Made by a program: the position numbers and the translations under genes. A stretch of 64,000 nucleotides of DNA. Origin: Haliotis cracherodii. Lineage: Eukaryota. The DNA lies in assembly GCF_022045235.1 (NCBI RefSeq), contig NW_027266264.1:80600001-80664000 (forward strand). The letters run 5' to 3'. The number at the start of each line of letters is the position of its first letter. The stretch's first letter is position 1. The notes beneath the pieces are model-generated. The model had not been told where the DNA came from, made no database searches, and saw only the letters and a list, made by a program, of their open reading frames with translations. Positions 12,141 through 25,689 of this stretch are shown here, one piece after another.

Positions 12141-12464
12141 TATCATCCCCTGTGGAGATTAATACTAAACACAGCCATAGGAATGGAATATAGGCAACAA
12201 CTTCTTTCGTAGGTCATTGATTCTTTCAAGTGGGACTTAGTTGTTCAAGTGACGGTTATGAGGCAATGTCAAACAAAATGACCTGACTGTAGTGTTCGTT
12301 TAAGGTTCCCGGCCGCCTGCAGGTTCGTTCAAACAAATGGAACAGACACACCAACGTCCTGCATCCGATTGCGTCAACCATCGTGACATCATTCAGCAGA
12401 CGGACTCCATCTCTATAACATCTTACATCAGACCGCATCATTTTCGCTTAGCATATTAGTACAG

Positions 12465-13165
12465 GGATATAGCATGTCACGTGTCAGTACAGGTATATAG
12501 CATGTCACGTGTCAGTACTGGTATATAGCATGTCACGTGTCAGTACGGGTATATAGCATGTCACGTGACAGTACGGTGTGACAGCATGTCACGTGTCAGT
12601 ACAGGTATATAGCATGTCACGTGTCAGTACAGTGTTACAGCATGTCACGTGTCAGTACAGGTATATAGGATGACACGTGTCAGTACAGGTATATAGGATG
12701 TCACGTGTCAGTACGGTGTTACAGCATGTCACGTGTCAGTACAGGTATATAGGATGTCACGTGTCAGTACGGTGTTACAGCATGTCACGTGTCAGTACAG
12801 GTATATAGGATGTCACGTGTCAGTACAGGTATATAGGATGTCATGTGTCAGTACGGTGTTACAGCATGTCACGTGTCAGTACAGGTATATAGGATGTCAC
12901 GTGTCAGTACAAGTATATAGGATGTCACGTGTCAGTACGGTGCTACAGCATGTCACGTGTCAGTACAGGTATTAGCATGTCGCGTGTCACTACAGGTATA
13001 TAGCATGTCGCATGTCAGAACAGTTATATAGCATGTCACGTGTCAGTACGGGGCTACAGCATGTCATGTGTCAGTACAGGTATATAGCATGTCACGTGTC
13101 AATACAGTTTTATAGCATGTCACGTATGTCAGTACAGGTATATAGCATGTCACGTGTCAGCAAAG
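12465..13165. repeat. Minisatellite, 28-bp unit gtcagtacaggtatatagcatgtcacgt
   Basis: Unit starts at 12483, 12511 and onward. Confidence 0.92.
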
Positions 13166-13220
13166 GTACATAGCTACCCAAGTGTCAATACAGCTTGCAA
13201 CGTGTCACTAGAGGTAGATA

Positions 13221-14508
13221 GTATTGGACGTGTCGGTCCAGGTAGACAGCGTGCAGGTTGTCTGTACAGGTATACATCATTGGACGTGTCGGTCCAGGTA
13301 GACAGCGTGCAGGTTGTCTGTACAGGTATACATCATTGGACGTGTCGGTCCAGGTAGACAGCGTGCAGGCTGTCTGTACAGGTACACATCATTGGACGTG
13401 TCGGTCCAGGTAGACAGCGTGCAGGCTGTCTGTACAGGTATACATCACTGGACGTGTCGGTCCAGGTAGACAGCGTGCAGGTTGTCTGTACAGGTATACA
13501 TCATTGGACGTGTCGGTCCAGGTAGACAGCGTGCAGGCTGTCTGTACAGGTACACATCATTGGACGTGTCGGTCCAGGTAGACAGCGTGCAGGCTGTCTG
13601 TACAGGTATACATCACTGGACGTGTCGGTCCAGGTAGACAGCGTGCAGGTTGTCTGTACAGGTATACATCATTGGACGTGTCGGTCCAGGTAGACAGCGT
13701 GCAGGTTGTCTGTACAGGTATACATCATTGGACGTGTCGGTCCAGGTAGACAGCGTGCAGGCTGTCTGTACAGGTACACATCATTGGACGTGTCGGTCCA
13801 GGTAGACAGCGTGCAGGCTGTCTGTACAGGTATACATCACTGGACGTGTCGGTCCAGGTAGACAGCGTGCAGGTTGTCTGTACAGGTATACATCATTGGA
13901 CGTGTCGGTCCAGGTAGACAGCGTGCAGGCTGTCTGTACAGGTACACATCATTGGACGTGTCGGTCCAGGTAGACAGCGTGCAGGCTGTCTGTACAGGTA
14001 TACATCACTGGACGTGTCGGTCCAGGTAGACAGCGTGCAGGCTGTCTGTACAGGTATACATCACTGGACGTGTCGGTCCAGGTAGACAGCGTGCAGGCTG
14101 TCTGTACAGGTATACATCACTGGACGTGTCGGTCCAGGTAGACAGCGTGCAGGCTGTCTGTACAGGTATACATCACTGGACGTGTCGGTCCAGGTAGACA
14201 GCGTGCAGGCTGTCTGTACAGGTATACATCATTGGACGTGTCGGTCCAGGTAGACAGCGTGCAGGCTGTCTGTACAGGTATACATCACTGGACGTGTCGG
14301 TCCAGGTAGACAGCGTGCAGGCTGTCTGTACAGGTATACATCACTGGACGTGTCGGTCCAGGTAGACAGCGTGCAGGCTGTCTGTACAGGTATACATCAC
14401 TGGACGTGTCGATCCAGGTAGACAGCGTGCAGGCTGTCTTTAAAGGTATACATCATTGGACGTGTCGGTCCAGGTAGACAGCGTGCAGGCAGTCTGTACA
14501 GGTATACA
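13221..14508. repeat. Minisatellite, 56-bp unit (~23 copies), a diverged dimer of the adjacent 28-mer
   Basis: ggacgtgtcgg recurs at 13226, 13282 and onward; highly homogeneous. Confidence 0.93.
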
Positions 14509-15432
14509 GGGTATTGTATGCACACATCGCGCAATGCCACATATGCTGTCTGCATGCAACTGTTCTACATCCTTCTATGAATATAATAACGGCAGACATT
14601 TAAAATCTATTTAGTGTTCAAACTATCGTAGCTCCCCAATCCATCTTTCATTTACGCTAGTCGTCGCAATGAGGTTACTTTTTCGAACGGGGTCGAGAAC
14701 TAGTTCCACAAAGCGGTATTAGTGCAAAGACGGGCCTAATTCATTTCTCTGACACTGGCTAACGATCGTCGTCCACGAAGATCGCTTTTTGGAACGGGTT
14801 CTAGGGCCCCTTAACGCAAAACGATCTTAGACTTACCGATGTCGTAAGCCTGTGTTAAAGTATGGGAGGTGCGATCACATCAGCGCTACAAGATCGCGTT
14901 GTGAAACGGAGCCCAGTTGAATTGAGGCATCAATCAGCTGTAAGTCGGGGACAAAGTAACAACGCCGAGATGACGTTGCCCTTGTCCTGACCCCTGCTTA
15001 TAACAACAATTGTTTCCAAATTTTGCGCGCCGTGTCCTTGGCGAGTCAGATTCTCTTCGATTAAATAAAAGAAAGAAATAGATCCAAGAGTCATTTTGCG
15101 TACAGGGGTGACTCACGGCTTCAGCTTCATTAATTGTTTTATTTACCTATTACACGTGAGGAAATACCATGAGACCAAGTGAAATCAACACTCAGTTGCC
15201 ATAGCCACCTACAAGAAGGAGGTTCCCGGTGCAATCTCTGCACTCGAGCGTTAATGATTGCATATGTGGCATCTTAAGTCCTCGACTGCAGTGAACGACG
15301 TCTCAGGGGTCAAGGTAATTAACCCACGGCTTCATCGGGGCGATGTTCTGATTGAAACCATAGGATTTCCTTTACAAATAGCGAACATGGGATTCTATAC
15401 ACATGGCATGTTATATTGACGTGGATGGCAGC

Positions 15433-15442
15433 TATATATTTA
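15433..15442 (+). promoter_or_regulatory. Putative TATA box of cluster gene 2
   Basis: tatatattta about 75-80 bp upstream of the ATG at 15516. Confidence 0.4.
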
Positions 15443-15515
15443 AGGAAAAGTTAGCTCTTCAGCCTCATCAGCTGTGGGCCATCCAAGACTTTACAACAAG
15501 CCTCGTTACAGAAAG

Positions 15516-18500
15516 ATGGTGGTTGGAATCGGACTTGTTCTACTCCTATCTATCTCTGCATATGGGCAAGAGAACGTCCAATACCAGGGCACACGTAAGC
15601 TTCACTTCTACATAGCATATATATATATTACATTTATGTGGGGAACGTCAGTCTCCGGTCCCGAGGGGACCCGGATTAGAAAAGGTCACCGGGCTTTCTG
15701 TTGAGACAATCCGCTGTGACGAGTTGCAAGACTTACCGGTCTCAGGATTTGCTCGTCGTTGGTTTAATCCGGTTTTGGCCCTGATCATGAGTGTGGGTTT
15801 GTCAGCACCATGTCTATGCTCGGTTGTTTCGACGAAGAGATAAAGGTCTATGATTTGTGACTTTTGGCTTTCCTCACACATTAAGTTGACCTTCGTTCAT
15901 ATTACGGATATAATGTTCAAAGCGCCATCACACCCAACTCACTCAATGGAATTCATTTAGGATTGAAGTTGTATTTGTTGACGTTCATCAGCTGATGAAG
16001 ACAGTGCCTCACGTGAGCAAATTCCATGGTACATTTGCTTACGTGAGGCACTGTCTTCATCAGCTGATGAACATCAAATACAACTTCAATCCTTACATTG
16101 ACAGATACTTAAATCATAACAAAACTATCCATTAAACATCAAACTTTAATTATTTGAAGAGAACTATATCAACGCGGAGAGTCGTGACGTCATCCGTCCT
16201 AAACATTCCATTTGGAGTGACATCCCTTGGTTTAACAAACGGCAAAAAATGGCGGCGTTGGAAAGAAATCCAGACCCGGCTGATGCTGAAAATGGATTGA
16301 TATTAACGTTCTGTGAACTGTGTGTTTGAGTCACTGCTGCTGATGACGGGGATTACCGCTTGAGGCGGGTCGGTTGGATTTCCCGAAGCAATATACACGG
16401 CAGTGTTGAGCTCAGTGATTTTTGTTGTTGAGTCGAGCATTCTCTGTCATAGCTTCAAATGGACGCTTCATTTCGGTGACCCCCGACATATACATGATCT
16501 GTCTGGCTTCAAAGTCTGCTTCATTGCCTGAATCGATGTCGTCAGTTTCCGTAAGACTGTTTATGTTATTTTTAGACATTGAGGAATTCCCCTAAAGTAG
16601 TTCTGAATGTCTCCGCTCGATTGACAACGTAATCACGTGACATACTGCCGTTCATCGGGAAATGAACGGCTGCCGTTCATCAGGAAATAAACGGCAGCCA
16701 GCTTGGTATAGTGTTCACCTAGGCGAGGTCACTCGCTACTGTCAATATTACATCGTATACCCCACGATTACTGTTTGGAACGAACTTCGCGAACATTCCT
16801 ATTCTAACTACCCAGACAGTACATTTGTTCACGCAGCAAAACACCATCAACTCGTAGTTTTTGTATTGATAAATCTATCCGAATATATACAAACATTGAT
16901 ACAAATCCTAAAATAGCTTAATAAAGCTAAATTTGACACAAAAGTACGTTAGCATGATAAAAGTCGTTCTAAAAGATAAAAATAGCCACCTGTCTATTGA
17001 GTGTCCCATGTTAACGCTATAACGATTATGGCCCGGAAGCCCTTCTAAGCATGACACAAGTTCGATTTAGTTCAAAACATATATTAAAGGGGCTAAAAAC
17101 TTGCCTAAATCATGCTTAATGTCCTCGTCTGAAATCACAGTTTTACTGTCCAGCGAGAGAATGGTAGTTTCCAACTTCCGGTTTGTCATGCGCAGCGCTT
17201 ACCCCGTGAGTTGTATATTCTATGGTTGGAATGGAGTGATATATTTGTATTAGTGAGGTTCCGCTGTAGTATCTATGATGGTTTTTGTTGTCCTAGTGAT
17301 GTGTTACAGATATTGATTAATACGTATAGCATATTATCTGAAACAGCAGCTTGAATCTATTCGAAAAGGTTATTAGAAGAAACGTGTCCAGGCGGTCCAT
17401 GTAGCGACCAAATCGTAGTACATTGCACACGTTTGGCTCCTTTAATACAAAATGGCACTGATCTTCTGTGTATCGCAACAATCAGCTGCAAACATTGACT
17501 TTGCAGGATATCAATATAATGATAACCCAGGTTTTTTATACGCTCTCTTAAAATTGTACAGTTAGGGCAGAGAAAACGCGTGTTACTGATTGCTGTTGTA
17601 GACACTGGCAATATTGCATGTCAGGACAGCTTGAACCATCTGACACTCGGTCATTGTGTGGCCATTGTGTGACCATTGTGTGACCATTGTGTGGTCATTG
17701 TGTGGACATTGTGTGGTCAATGTGTGACCATTGTGTGACCATTGTGTGGTCATTGTGTGACCATTGTGTGGACATAGTGTGACCATTGTTGGCCATAGTG
17801 TGACAATTGTGTGGCCTGTGTGTGACCTGTGACCATTGTGTGGACATACTGTGACCATTGTGTGGACATAGTGTGACCATTGTGTGGCCTGTGTGTGACC
17901 TGTGACCATTGTGTGGACATAGTGTGACCATTGTGTGGCCATAGTGTGGCCAGTGTGTGATCATTGTGTGACCATTGTGTGACCTGTGACCATTGTGTGG
18001 TCATTGTTTGACCAGTGTCTGACGATTGTGTTCCATTGTCTGACCATTACGTGGCCATTGTGTGACGCTCCTACCCTTATGCTCCCAGTCACCTCGGTTA
18101 CACTGCCATGTATCAACTCTCTGTGTTCTCCACACTTGCAGCCATCCCGCTGTGCGACTACAACCGCAATCTGAAGGTGAGTCTCCCGAACTGGGGGTGC
18201 CAACGCTTCATCAGCTGTGACTATGACGGTCTGGCGTTCGGCCCCCAGGACTGTGGACAGGGGACCTTGTTCGACTTCGAGAAGCAGTACTGTGACTTTC
18301 CAGGCAACTTCGTATGTCCGGAAAACAACGCAAGTAAGTGGAAGAAGCTACACAATACGTATATTCAATACAGCAAGATGGCACTTAAATAATTGTTAAA
18401 GACAAACTGATCTGGAAGACATCTGCCTTGCTCTAAAATGGCTCCATATATGTACAACTTCGAGAAAGGTATTGTTGATGAGGTAGTTCATGACACACTC

Positions 18501-21500
18501 TTGTTTTCTGTCCAAATGAAGTTGTCCGAGAGTAAGATATCGTATTAATCTTTCCTTGTGGTTATTTAACAACTGTACACCAAGATTGAATAACGTGTCA
18601 GTGTAATTTCAAGTTGTATCATGAAAATTCTTAATTATACACTTCTGATTACAATAACCATCAAATATATATCCTAACGATTGTGTGTACCTACCTATGT
18701 ATTCAATGTTAAGACGTTATTATATTCGAAGATGGTTCAGTAGGATTGACCTTTATTCTTATAGTACATAAGCGTTTCGACAGCTAGATGGATAATAGGG
18801 AACTCAATACGTCGTAGCGTGTGGAACATTGTCTCAACGAGACTCTATGTTATAGGATGGGTTGTTTAATCCTGTCACTGTCGCTAAATATAAGATAGCT
18901 ACGCGATAAATCACAATGAACAATGAAGAATGAGGCGTGGTTTACTTCACGATAAATTATTTAAAATTTTCTTTCATGACGTCATTTCTGGAGATACGAA
19001 CATGCTCTCGCAAATTGATGAAGTCGTATATTGGTCGACGTTATGTTTTAGATGGGAGTGTCAATGGGTTGTTCCCCATTAGCTGCGCAACGCAGATAAA
19101 TGCGATGGCCGGCCGATCGCATCCAAGAGCAGGAGAGATATGACAATCGGTATTGGGAAAACTGGTAAACGTAATCGACGTGATAAATGTGAGAATATAC
19201 GGGAAATACCCACCGGTGCATAAAATGGACTTGTCCGACATTGCCGAGGTAGGATTCTATTGAGGGAGTCATCATTATTTAAATACGGGTAAATATTTTT
19301 AAAGCTTGTACAGTTTGTCATCATCCTTAAAAAGGATGTACATGATGTTGATATATCATATGAGAAATAAATGACTCTTGGTCGTTGTTTATCGTACAAC
19401 AAAACACTGCAGGGAGAATACACCATGAGGGGCTGCTTAAGCAGATTATACTTCCGGCCGTGGTTGAAAATAACCATATGTTAAAACATGACTGCGAAAG
19501 GACCGTCGATGCATCTACAGTCGAAGAAATCCGTGAAAGGATATACAGTCGTTACTCAAGTAGTATAACTAAACCTTAAAAAAGATACGTCGGTACACCC
19601 ATGGTCGAACGGCCTTGTGGGGAGGTACGTCGGTACACCCATGGTAGAACGGCCTTACGAGGAGGTACGTCGGTACACCCATGGTAGAACGGCCTTGCAA
19701 GGAGGTATGTCGGTACACCCATGGTCGAACGGCCTTGTGGGGAGGTACGTAGGTACACCCATGGTAGAACGGCCTTGCGAGGAGGTACATCGGTACACCC
19801 ATGGTAGAACGGCCTTGCAAGGAGGTATGTCCGTACACCCATGGTAGAACGTCGTTGTGGGGAGGTACGTCGTTACACCCATGATAGAACGGCATTGCAA
19901 GGAGGTACGTCGGTACACCAATGGTAGAACGGCCTTGCAAGAAAGGACATCGGTACATCCATGGTAGAACGGCCTTTTAGGGAGGTATGTCGGTACACCC
20001 ATGGTAGAACGGCCTTACGAGGAGGTACGTCGGTACACCCATGGTAGAACGGCCTTGCAAGGAGGTACGTCGGTACACCCATGGTAGAACGTCGTTGTGG
20101 GCAGGTACGTCGGTACACCCATGGTAGAACGGCCTTACGAGGAGGTACGTCGGTACACCCATGGTAGAACGGCCTTGCAAGGAGGTATGTCGGTACACCC
20201 ATTGTAGAACGGCCTTGCAAGGAGGTATGTACGTACACCCATGGTAGAACGTCGTTGTGGGGAGGTACGTCGTTACACCCATGATAGAACGGCATTGCAA
20301 GGAGGTACGTCGGTACACCAATGGTAGAACGGCCTTGCAAGAAAGGACATCGGTACATCCATGGTAGAACGGCCTTTTAGGGAGGTATGTCGGTACACCC
20401 ATGGTAGAACGGCCTTGCACGGAGGTACGTCGGTACACCCATGGTAGAACGGCCTTGTGGGGAGGTACATCGGTATACCCATGGTAGAACGGCCTTGCAA
20501 GAAAGGACATCGGTACATCCATGGTAGAACGGCCTTTTAGGGAGGTATGTCGGTACACCCATGGTAGAACGGCCTTACGAGGAGGTACATCGGTACACCC
20601 ATGGTAGAACGTCGTTGTGGGGAGGTACGTCGGTACACCCATGGTAGAACGTCGTTGTGGGGAGGTACGTCGGTACACCCATGGTAGAACGGCCTTACGA
20701 GGAGGTACGTCGGTACACCCATGGTAGAACGGCCTTGCAAGGAGGTACGTCGGTACACCCATGGTAGAACGGCCTTGCAAGGAGGTACATCGGTACACCT
20801 ATGGTAGAACGGCCTTGTGGGGAGGTACATCGGTATACCCTTGGTAGAACGGCCTTGTGGGAAGGTACATCGGTATACCCATGGTAGAACGGCCTTGCAA
20901 GGAGGTACATCGGTACACCCATGTTAGAACGGCCTTGCAAGGATGTACGTCGGTACACCCATGGTAGAACGGCCTTGCAAGGAGGTACGTCGGTACACCC
21001 ATGGTAGAACGGCCTTGCAAGGAGGTACGTCGGTACACCCATGGTAGAACGGCCTTGCAAGGATGTACGTCGGTACACCCATGGTAGAACGGCCTTGCAA
21101 GGAGGTACGTCGGTACACCCATGGTAGAACGGCCTTGCAAGGATGTACGTCGGTACACCCATGGTAGAACGGCCTTGTGGGGAGGTACGTCAGTACACCC
21201 ATGGTAGAACGGCCTTGCAAAAAAGGACATCGGTACACCCATGGTAGAACGGCCTTTTGGGGAGGTACATCAGTACACCAATGTTAGAACGGCCTTGCAA
21301 GGAGGTACGTCGGTACACCCATGGTAGAACAGCCTTGTGGGGAGGTATGTCGGTACACCCATGGTAGAACGGCCCTGCAAGGAGGTACGTCGGTACACCC
21401 ATGGTAGCACGGCCTTGTGGGGAGGTACGTCAGTACACCCATGGTAGCACGGCCTTGCAAGGAGGCAGGTCAGTACACCCATGGTAGCACGGCCTTGCAA

Positions 21501-22750
21501 GGAGGTATGTCGGTACACCCATGGTAGAACGGCCTTGTGGGGAGGTACATCGGTACCCCCATGATAGAACGACCTTGTGGGGAGGTACGTCAGTACACCC
21601 ATGGTAGCACGGCCTTGCAAGGAGGAACGTCGGTACACCCATGGTAGAACGGCCTTGCAAGGAGGAACGTCGGTACACCCATGGTTGAACGGCCTTGCAA
21701 GGAGGAACGTCGGTATACACCCATGGTTGAACGGCCTTGCAAGGAGGTACGTCGGTACACCCATGGTAGAAAGACCTTGTGGGGAGGTACGTCGGTACAC
21801 CCATGGTAGAACGGCCTTGCAAGGAGGTACGTCGGTACACCCATGGTAGAACGGCCTTGCAAGGAGGTACGTCGGTACACCCATGGTAGAACGACCTTGC
21901 AAGGAGGTACGTCGGTACACCCATGGTAGAACGGCCTTTGGCGAGGTACGTCGGTACACCCATGGTAGAACAGCCTTTGGCGAGGTACGTCGGTACACCC
22001 ATGGTAGAACGGCCTTGCAAGGAGGTATGTCGGTACACCCATGGTAGAACAGCCTTTGGCGAGGTACGTCGGTACACCCCTGGTAGAACAGCCATACAGT
22101 AAAGATTACGACACTGTAAAAAGATGTGTTTGTAATTTAAACACAAAAAGACATGTTTAGATCTAAACATGGTTAGGGATGTGTTGGACCAACAGTGACC
22201 AATAGTGTTTCTCTCATACAAGAAGCTGAAAGTATATCTGATTCCTCAGATAGACCCATAACTTAATTTTAATAAAAAACAACAACCCAAAATTAATCCA
22301 TTTTTCTGCTAAATAGCTTTTAGGATGGATGGATGGAGGGAGGGAGGGAGTATACACATTTAGACCCTAAACACGTTAAGCTGTTAAATACAATCCTATA
22401 CATGTTAAGACCTACATGTCAAACTTATGGGACAAGGAACGTGTTTGAGTTTGTACATCACTGGAGGACGGAAGCGCTGAGATCGATTCGAGGTATAAGG
22501 TCGTCAGCTGACTGAAATGGAATCCTGGATGAATGAGTGTTTGTGTTGTCTCTGTTGTACATCATGTTCTTCTACTGCAGCGTGTGCCACCCAAGCCGTC
22601 CAGGGCGACTGCACCAACTTCACCCTGTGCGTCAATGGCCAGGAGTTCTCCTTCACCTGCGGAGAGGACACCATGTACTCCAACAGGCTTCACATCTGTG
22701 AATACCCAGGGAACCTGGACGACGAGGAGAAGGATTATTGTCGACTTTAA
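15516..22750 (+). CDS. Secreted two-domain chitin-binding type-2 protein, cluster gene 2, 146 aa: join(15516..15594,18142..18333,22581..22750)
   Basis: Exon 1 encodes a signal peptide (MVVGIGLVLLLSISAYG-QENVQYQGT|gtaagc). Exon 2: PIPLCDYNRNLKVSLPNWGCQRFISCDYDGLAFGPQDCGQGTLFDFEKQYCDFPGNFVCPENNA. Exon 3: TCATQAVQGDCTNFTLCVNGQEFSFTCGEDTMYSNRLHICEYPGNLDDEEKDYCRL*. All introns GT-AG, phase 1; 441 nt in frame; AATAAA at 23035-23040. Confidence 0.88.
15959..16093. repeat. Near-perfect 135-bp inverted repeat (hairpin) in intron 1 of gene 2
   Basis: ~60-bp arms aggattgaagttgtatttg...cacgtgagcaaat and atttgcttacgtg...caaatacaacttcaatcct around a ~10-nt loop. Confidence 0.85.
17650..18065. repeat. Degenerate 12-bp tandem repeat (tgtgaccattgt-like)
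   Basis: Visible periodicity; ends about 75 bp before the exon 2 acceptor. Confidence 0.88.
19586..22095. repeat. Minisatellite, 40-bp unit cggtacacccatggtagaacggccttgcaaggaggtacgt (~62 copies), intron 2 of gene 2
   Basis: Exact 40-bp register over most of the array. Confidence 0.95.
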
Positions 22751-24552
22751 TTAGTTTTCTCCAAGCCACGTTTCAAACTCCTTTATTGCTCATCTACAAT
22801 TTTGAAAATACATCAGTACCATTTATAACCTTTAAACATAATAATTGTCCAATCCTGCTTCGTGGACACCACGCAAAGCTTCATTCACAGAAGCGATCTG
22901 ACCTGCAACCTGTCGCAACAGCATATGCATGTACAAGTTAAGCAATATGTTGTGTGACCAGCTCATGTCTGCTCAAACGCCTGGTTAGTGTTCCTAACCA
23001 GACACTGTCACTAATTAACACTAACGCTAACACCAATAAACTCATGACCTGAACTTTGTGTCGATTTGTTACTTCCGGAAATAGAAGTGGAATCAGAGTA
23101 TAACAAAAGGTGTTAGCATACCTCTATGTCAGAATGATGAGAAACGTGATGTTGATAAACTACGATTTTATCCCGCCTTGGAGGAAGATAAATTTCTCAG
23201 CGGAAGAATAAATCTCTTTACCCCGCCATGAGCAAGACAGGTGCACGTGGATTTCTGAGAGGCAGAATAAATCCCTCATACCCACTTCGAAGCAAAAAGC
23301 CGCACGCTTTTTCCGAGTCAATGTAAGTCATGTGACATGGCACAAGATAGCCTCAGTTGTTTTCTATCAATTTTGAATTTGTTTTAATTCTATATTAAAT
23401 CATGTCGGTAAGATAAATTCTTTGTAGCAGTATCACTCGGGGTACATTGGGTTTTAAGCGTCCCTCGTTTGGTGTTTATACCACTCAAAAAACACATGTC
23501 CCCCCTCGTGATCCTGCTACAGCTTATAATGTAACCCATTGGATAACTGAGGATAACACCGAAGTTAACGGGGTACGTCAATGCTTATTTCACCTTTGAG
23601 ACATTGTGGCAAGGTAGTTCGTTTAAATATATAGTTTTCGTGTTGTAAACTTCAATAAATAGGTGGTGCCATAATCAATGAGGCTAACGAAACAAAACGA
23701 AATCGGCATATGGTTTCCTAAATGTTGTGAGAGGTTTTTATTTCATACAGACAAGACTGTCACAGTAGACATCTGCATATACACCACCGACGGAGGGGCT
23801 GTTGGTACGAGCGAAATATAACAAATGAAGTTATTAGAGGGTTAATCAGTGTTTAAGGTTACAAGGTCATGACTTTCCTTGACATCCGGTTCAAGAGTGG
23901 GGTAAAACCGTCATCTCAGACTACATCCTTGATGACATTTTGTATTGCGTACAAATGGTACATGCACTTGTTGACTATTTTACGGTTACAATACATAGTA
24001 GTTAGAGACTTAGAGACGACCAGTGGTATAAACAAAAATCAATTATAATTTCATTTCGTAATTTTGTTCAAGAACACGACAATAACGTTCATGCCAGTAA
24101 AGCAATTGACAAATGTTTATAAAAATGACAAGGGTAGGAAATGAAAGTACTGGATTTAAAGAATTGCCGTATATTCGATTACGATTAAACACGTGGAATT
24201 CATCATAAAAAATACAGTAAAACTGTACTTAATGATTCACACAGAAATTAGTATATAAAACATATACGAATAGACTTAGCGAGTCAGTTTGGGTTTAAGG
24301 CGGTTTTAAAACTTACTTCGGTCACACGAGTCAGCGTTACGTGGAAGGAAGGCCAAAGGTCGTACGGACACTTGACCACGATGGGGAAATCCCTGAGCAG
24401 GGTAGGATGATCAGGGTATGAGCAGGGTATGACTTAATCAGGGAGAACAGATATTCGAACCAATAAAATGCGATCAGAAATGACCAAGGGACGCAACACA
24501 CCACAGCAACTTGCGGTATGTTAGAGACTTGTGGCTGCTTGAGTATGTTATG

Positions 24553-25210
24553 TCAACAGTATATACGCCACGCTATACTCATTGATCGACAGTATAAACG
24601 ACACGCTATACTCAACGATCGACACGCTATACTCAATGATCGACAGTATAAACGACACGCTATACTAAACGATCGACACGCTATACTCAATGATCGACAG
24701 TATAAACGACACGCTATACTAAACGATCGACACGCAATACTCAATGATCTGCACGCTATACTCAATGATCGACACAGTATATACGACACGCTATACTCAT
24801 TGATCGACAGTATAAACGACACTCTATACTCAACGATCGACATGCTATCCTCAATGATCGACACGCTATACCCAATGATCGATAAAGTATATACGACACG
24901 CTATATTCAATGATCGACAGTATATACGACACGATATACTCAATGAGCGATAAAGTATATACGACACACTATACATGATGGACACAGTATATACGACAGG
25001 CTATACTCAATGATCGACACAGTTTATACTCAATGATCGACACGCTGTACTCAATGATCGACACGCTGTACTCAATGATCGACCCAGTATATACGACATA
25101 GTATATATAGAGTTACATTATAATCAATTACTGACAACCTAGGTTACACGTATAGATACGTCATACTTTACTCAAAGATCGCACCATACGATATACGACA
25201 TACTATACTC
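24553..25210. repeat. Degenerate minisatellite based on cgacacgctatactcaatgat (21 bp) with cgacagtata(a/t)a inserts
   Basis: Visible periodicity. Confidence 0.85.
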
Positions 25211-25689
25211 AAGGATGTACAAGTTTATTAGTCGTGAATGAGGGGCATGTGTAAACCTAATGATAAATAATGTATATTTGAATCAATATTATCCTGATGA
25301 ATGCGTGTTTGGTTTGTGCATAGTGTGAAACCTTGGGTCAGAATGAGGAGATAATCTGGGATTCGTACCAACGAGCAGTAGACTCCGGTAGCTTTAGCTG
25401 AAACGCCGTGATCTAACTCTACCATACACGTCAGGCTCCTTTAACTCACCGGCGTGTGTTCCCTATAGAGACTCCAAATTAGCTGCCGCATACACACAAC
25501 TAGGGGGTCAAGTTAGCCAGACTATGACCGGGAGGTCGCGGGCGACACATATCACACATGGGATGGTTGCGATCTCGAAGTACACTAATATAGATCTCGA
25601 ACGTCCATTTAACAATGTCCTTTATATGCTAATGCTTAAGAAAACCCCAACCTGAAATAGCAGAATCTTGTGAGTTCATGAACTTCCTC

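Noticed and set aside
16130-17200. Promoter-like island (aaaatggcggcg, cttccgg) in gene 2 intron 1, possibly a nested gene
   Set aside because: No coherent ORF or exon chain is visible; more likely an old transposon remnant that cannot be classified by eye.
19586-22095. CRISPR-like appearance (constant part plus variable slot) and many overlapping ORFs
   Set aside because: The variable slots are a few recurring point variants rather than unique spacers. There are no cas genes, the context is a eukaryotic intron, and the 40-bp unit is not a multiple of 3.
23148-23927. Possible degenerate TIR pair (acgattttatcccgc / gtggggtaaaaccgt)
   Set aside because: The match is too weak to support an element without a genome search.
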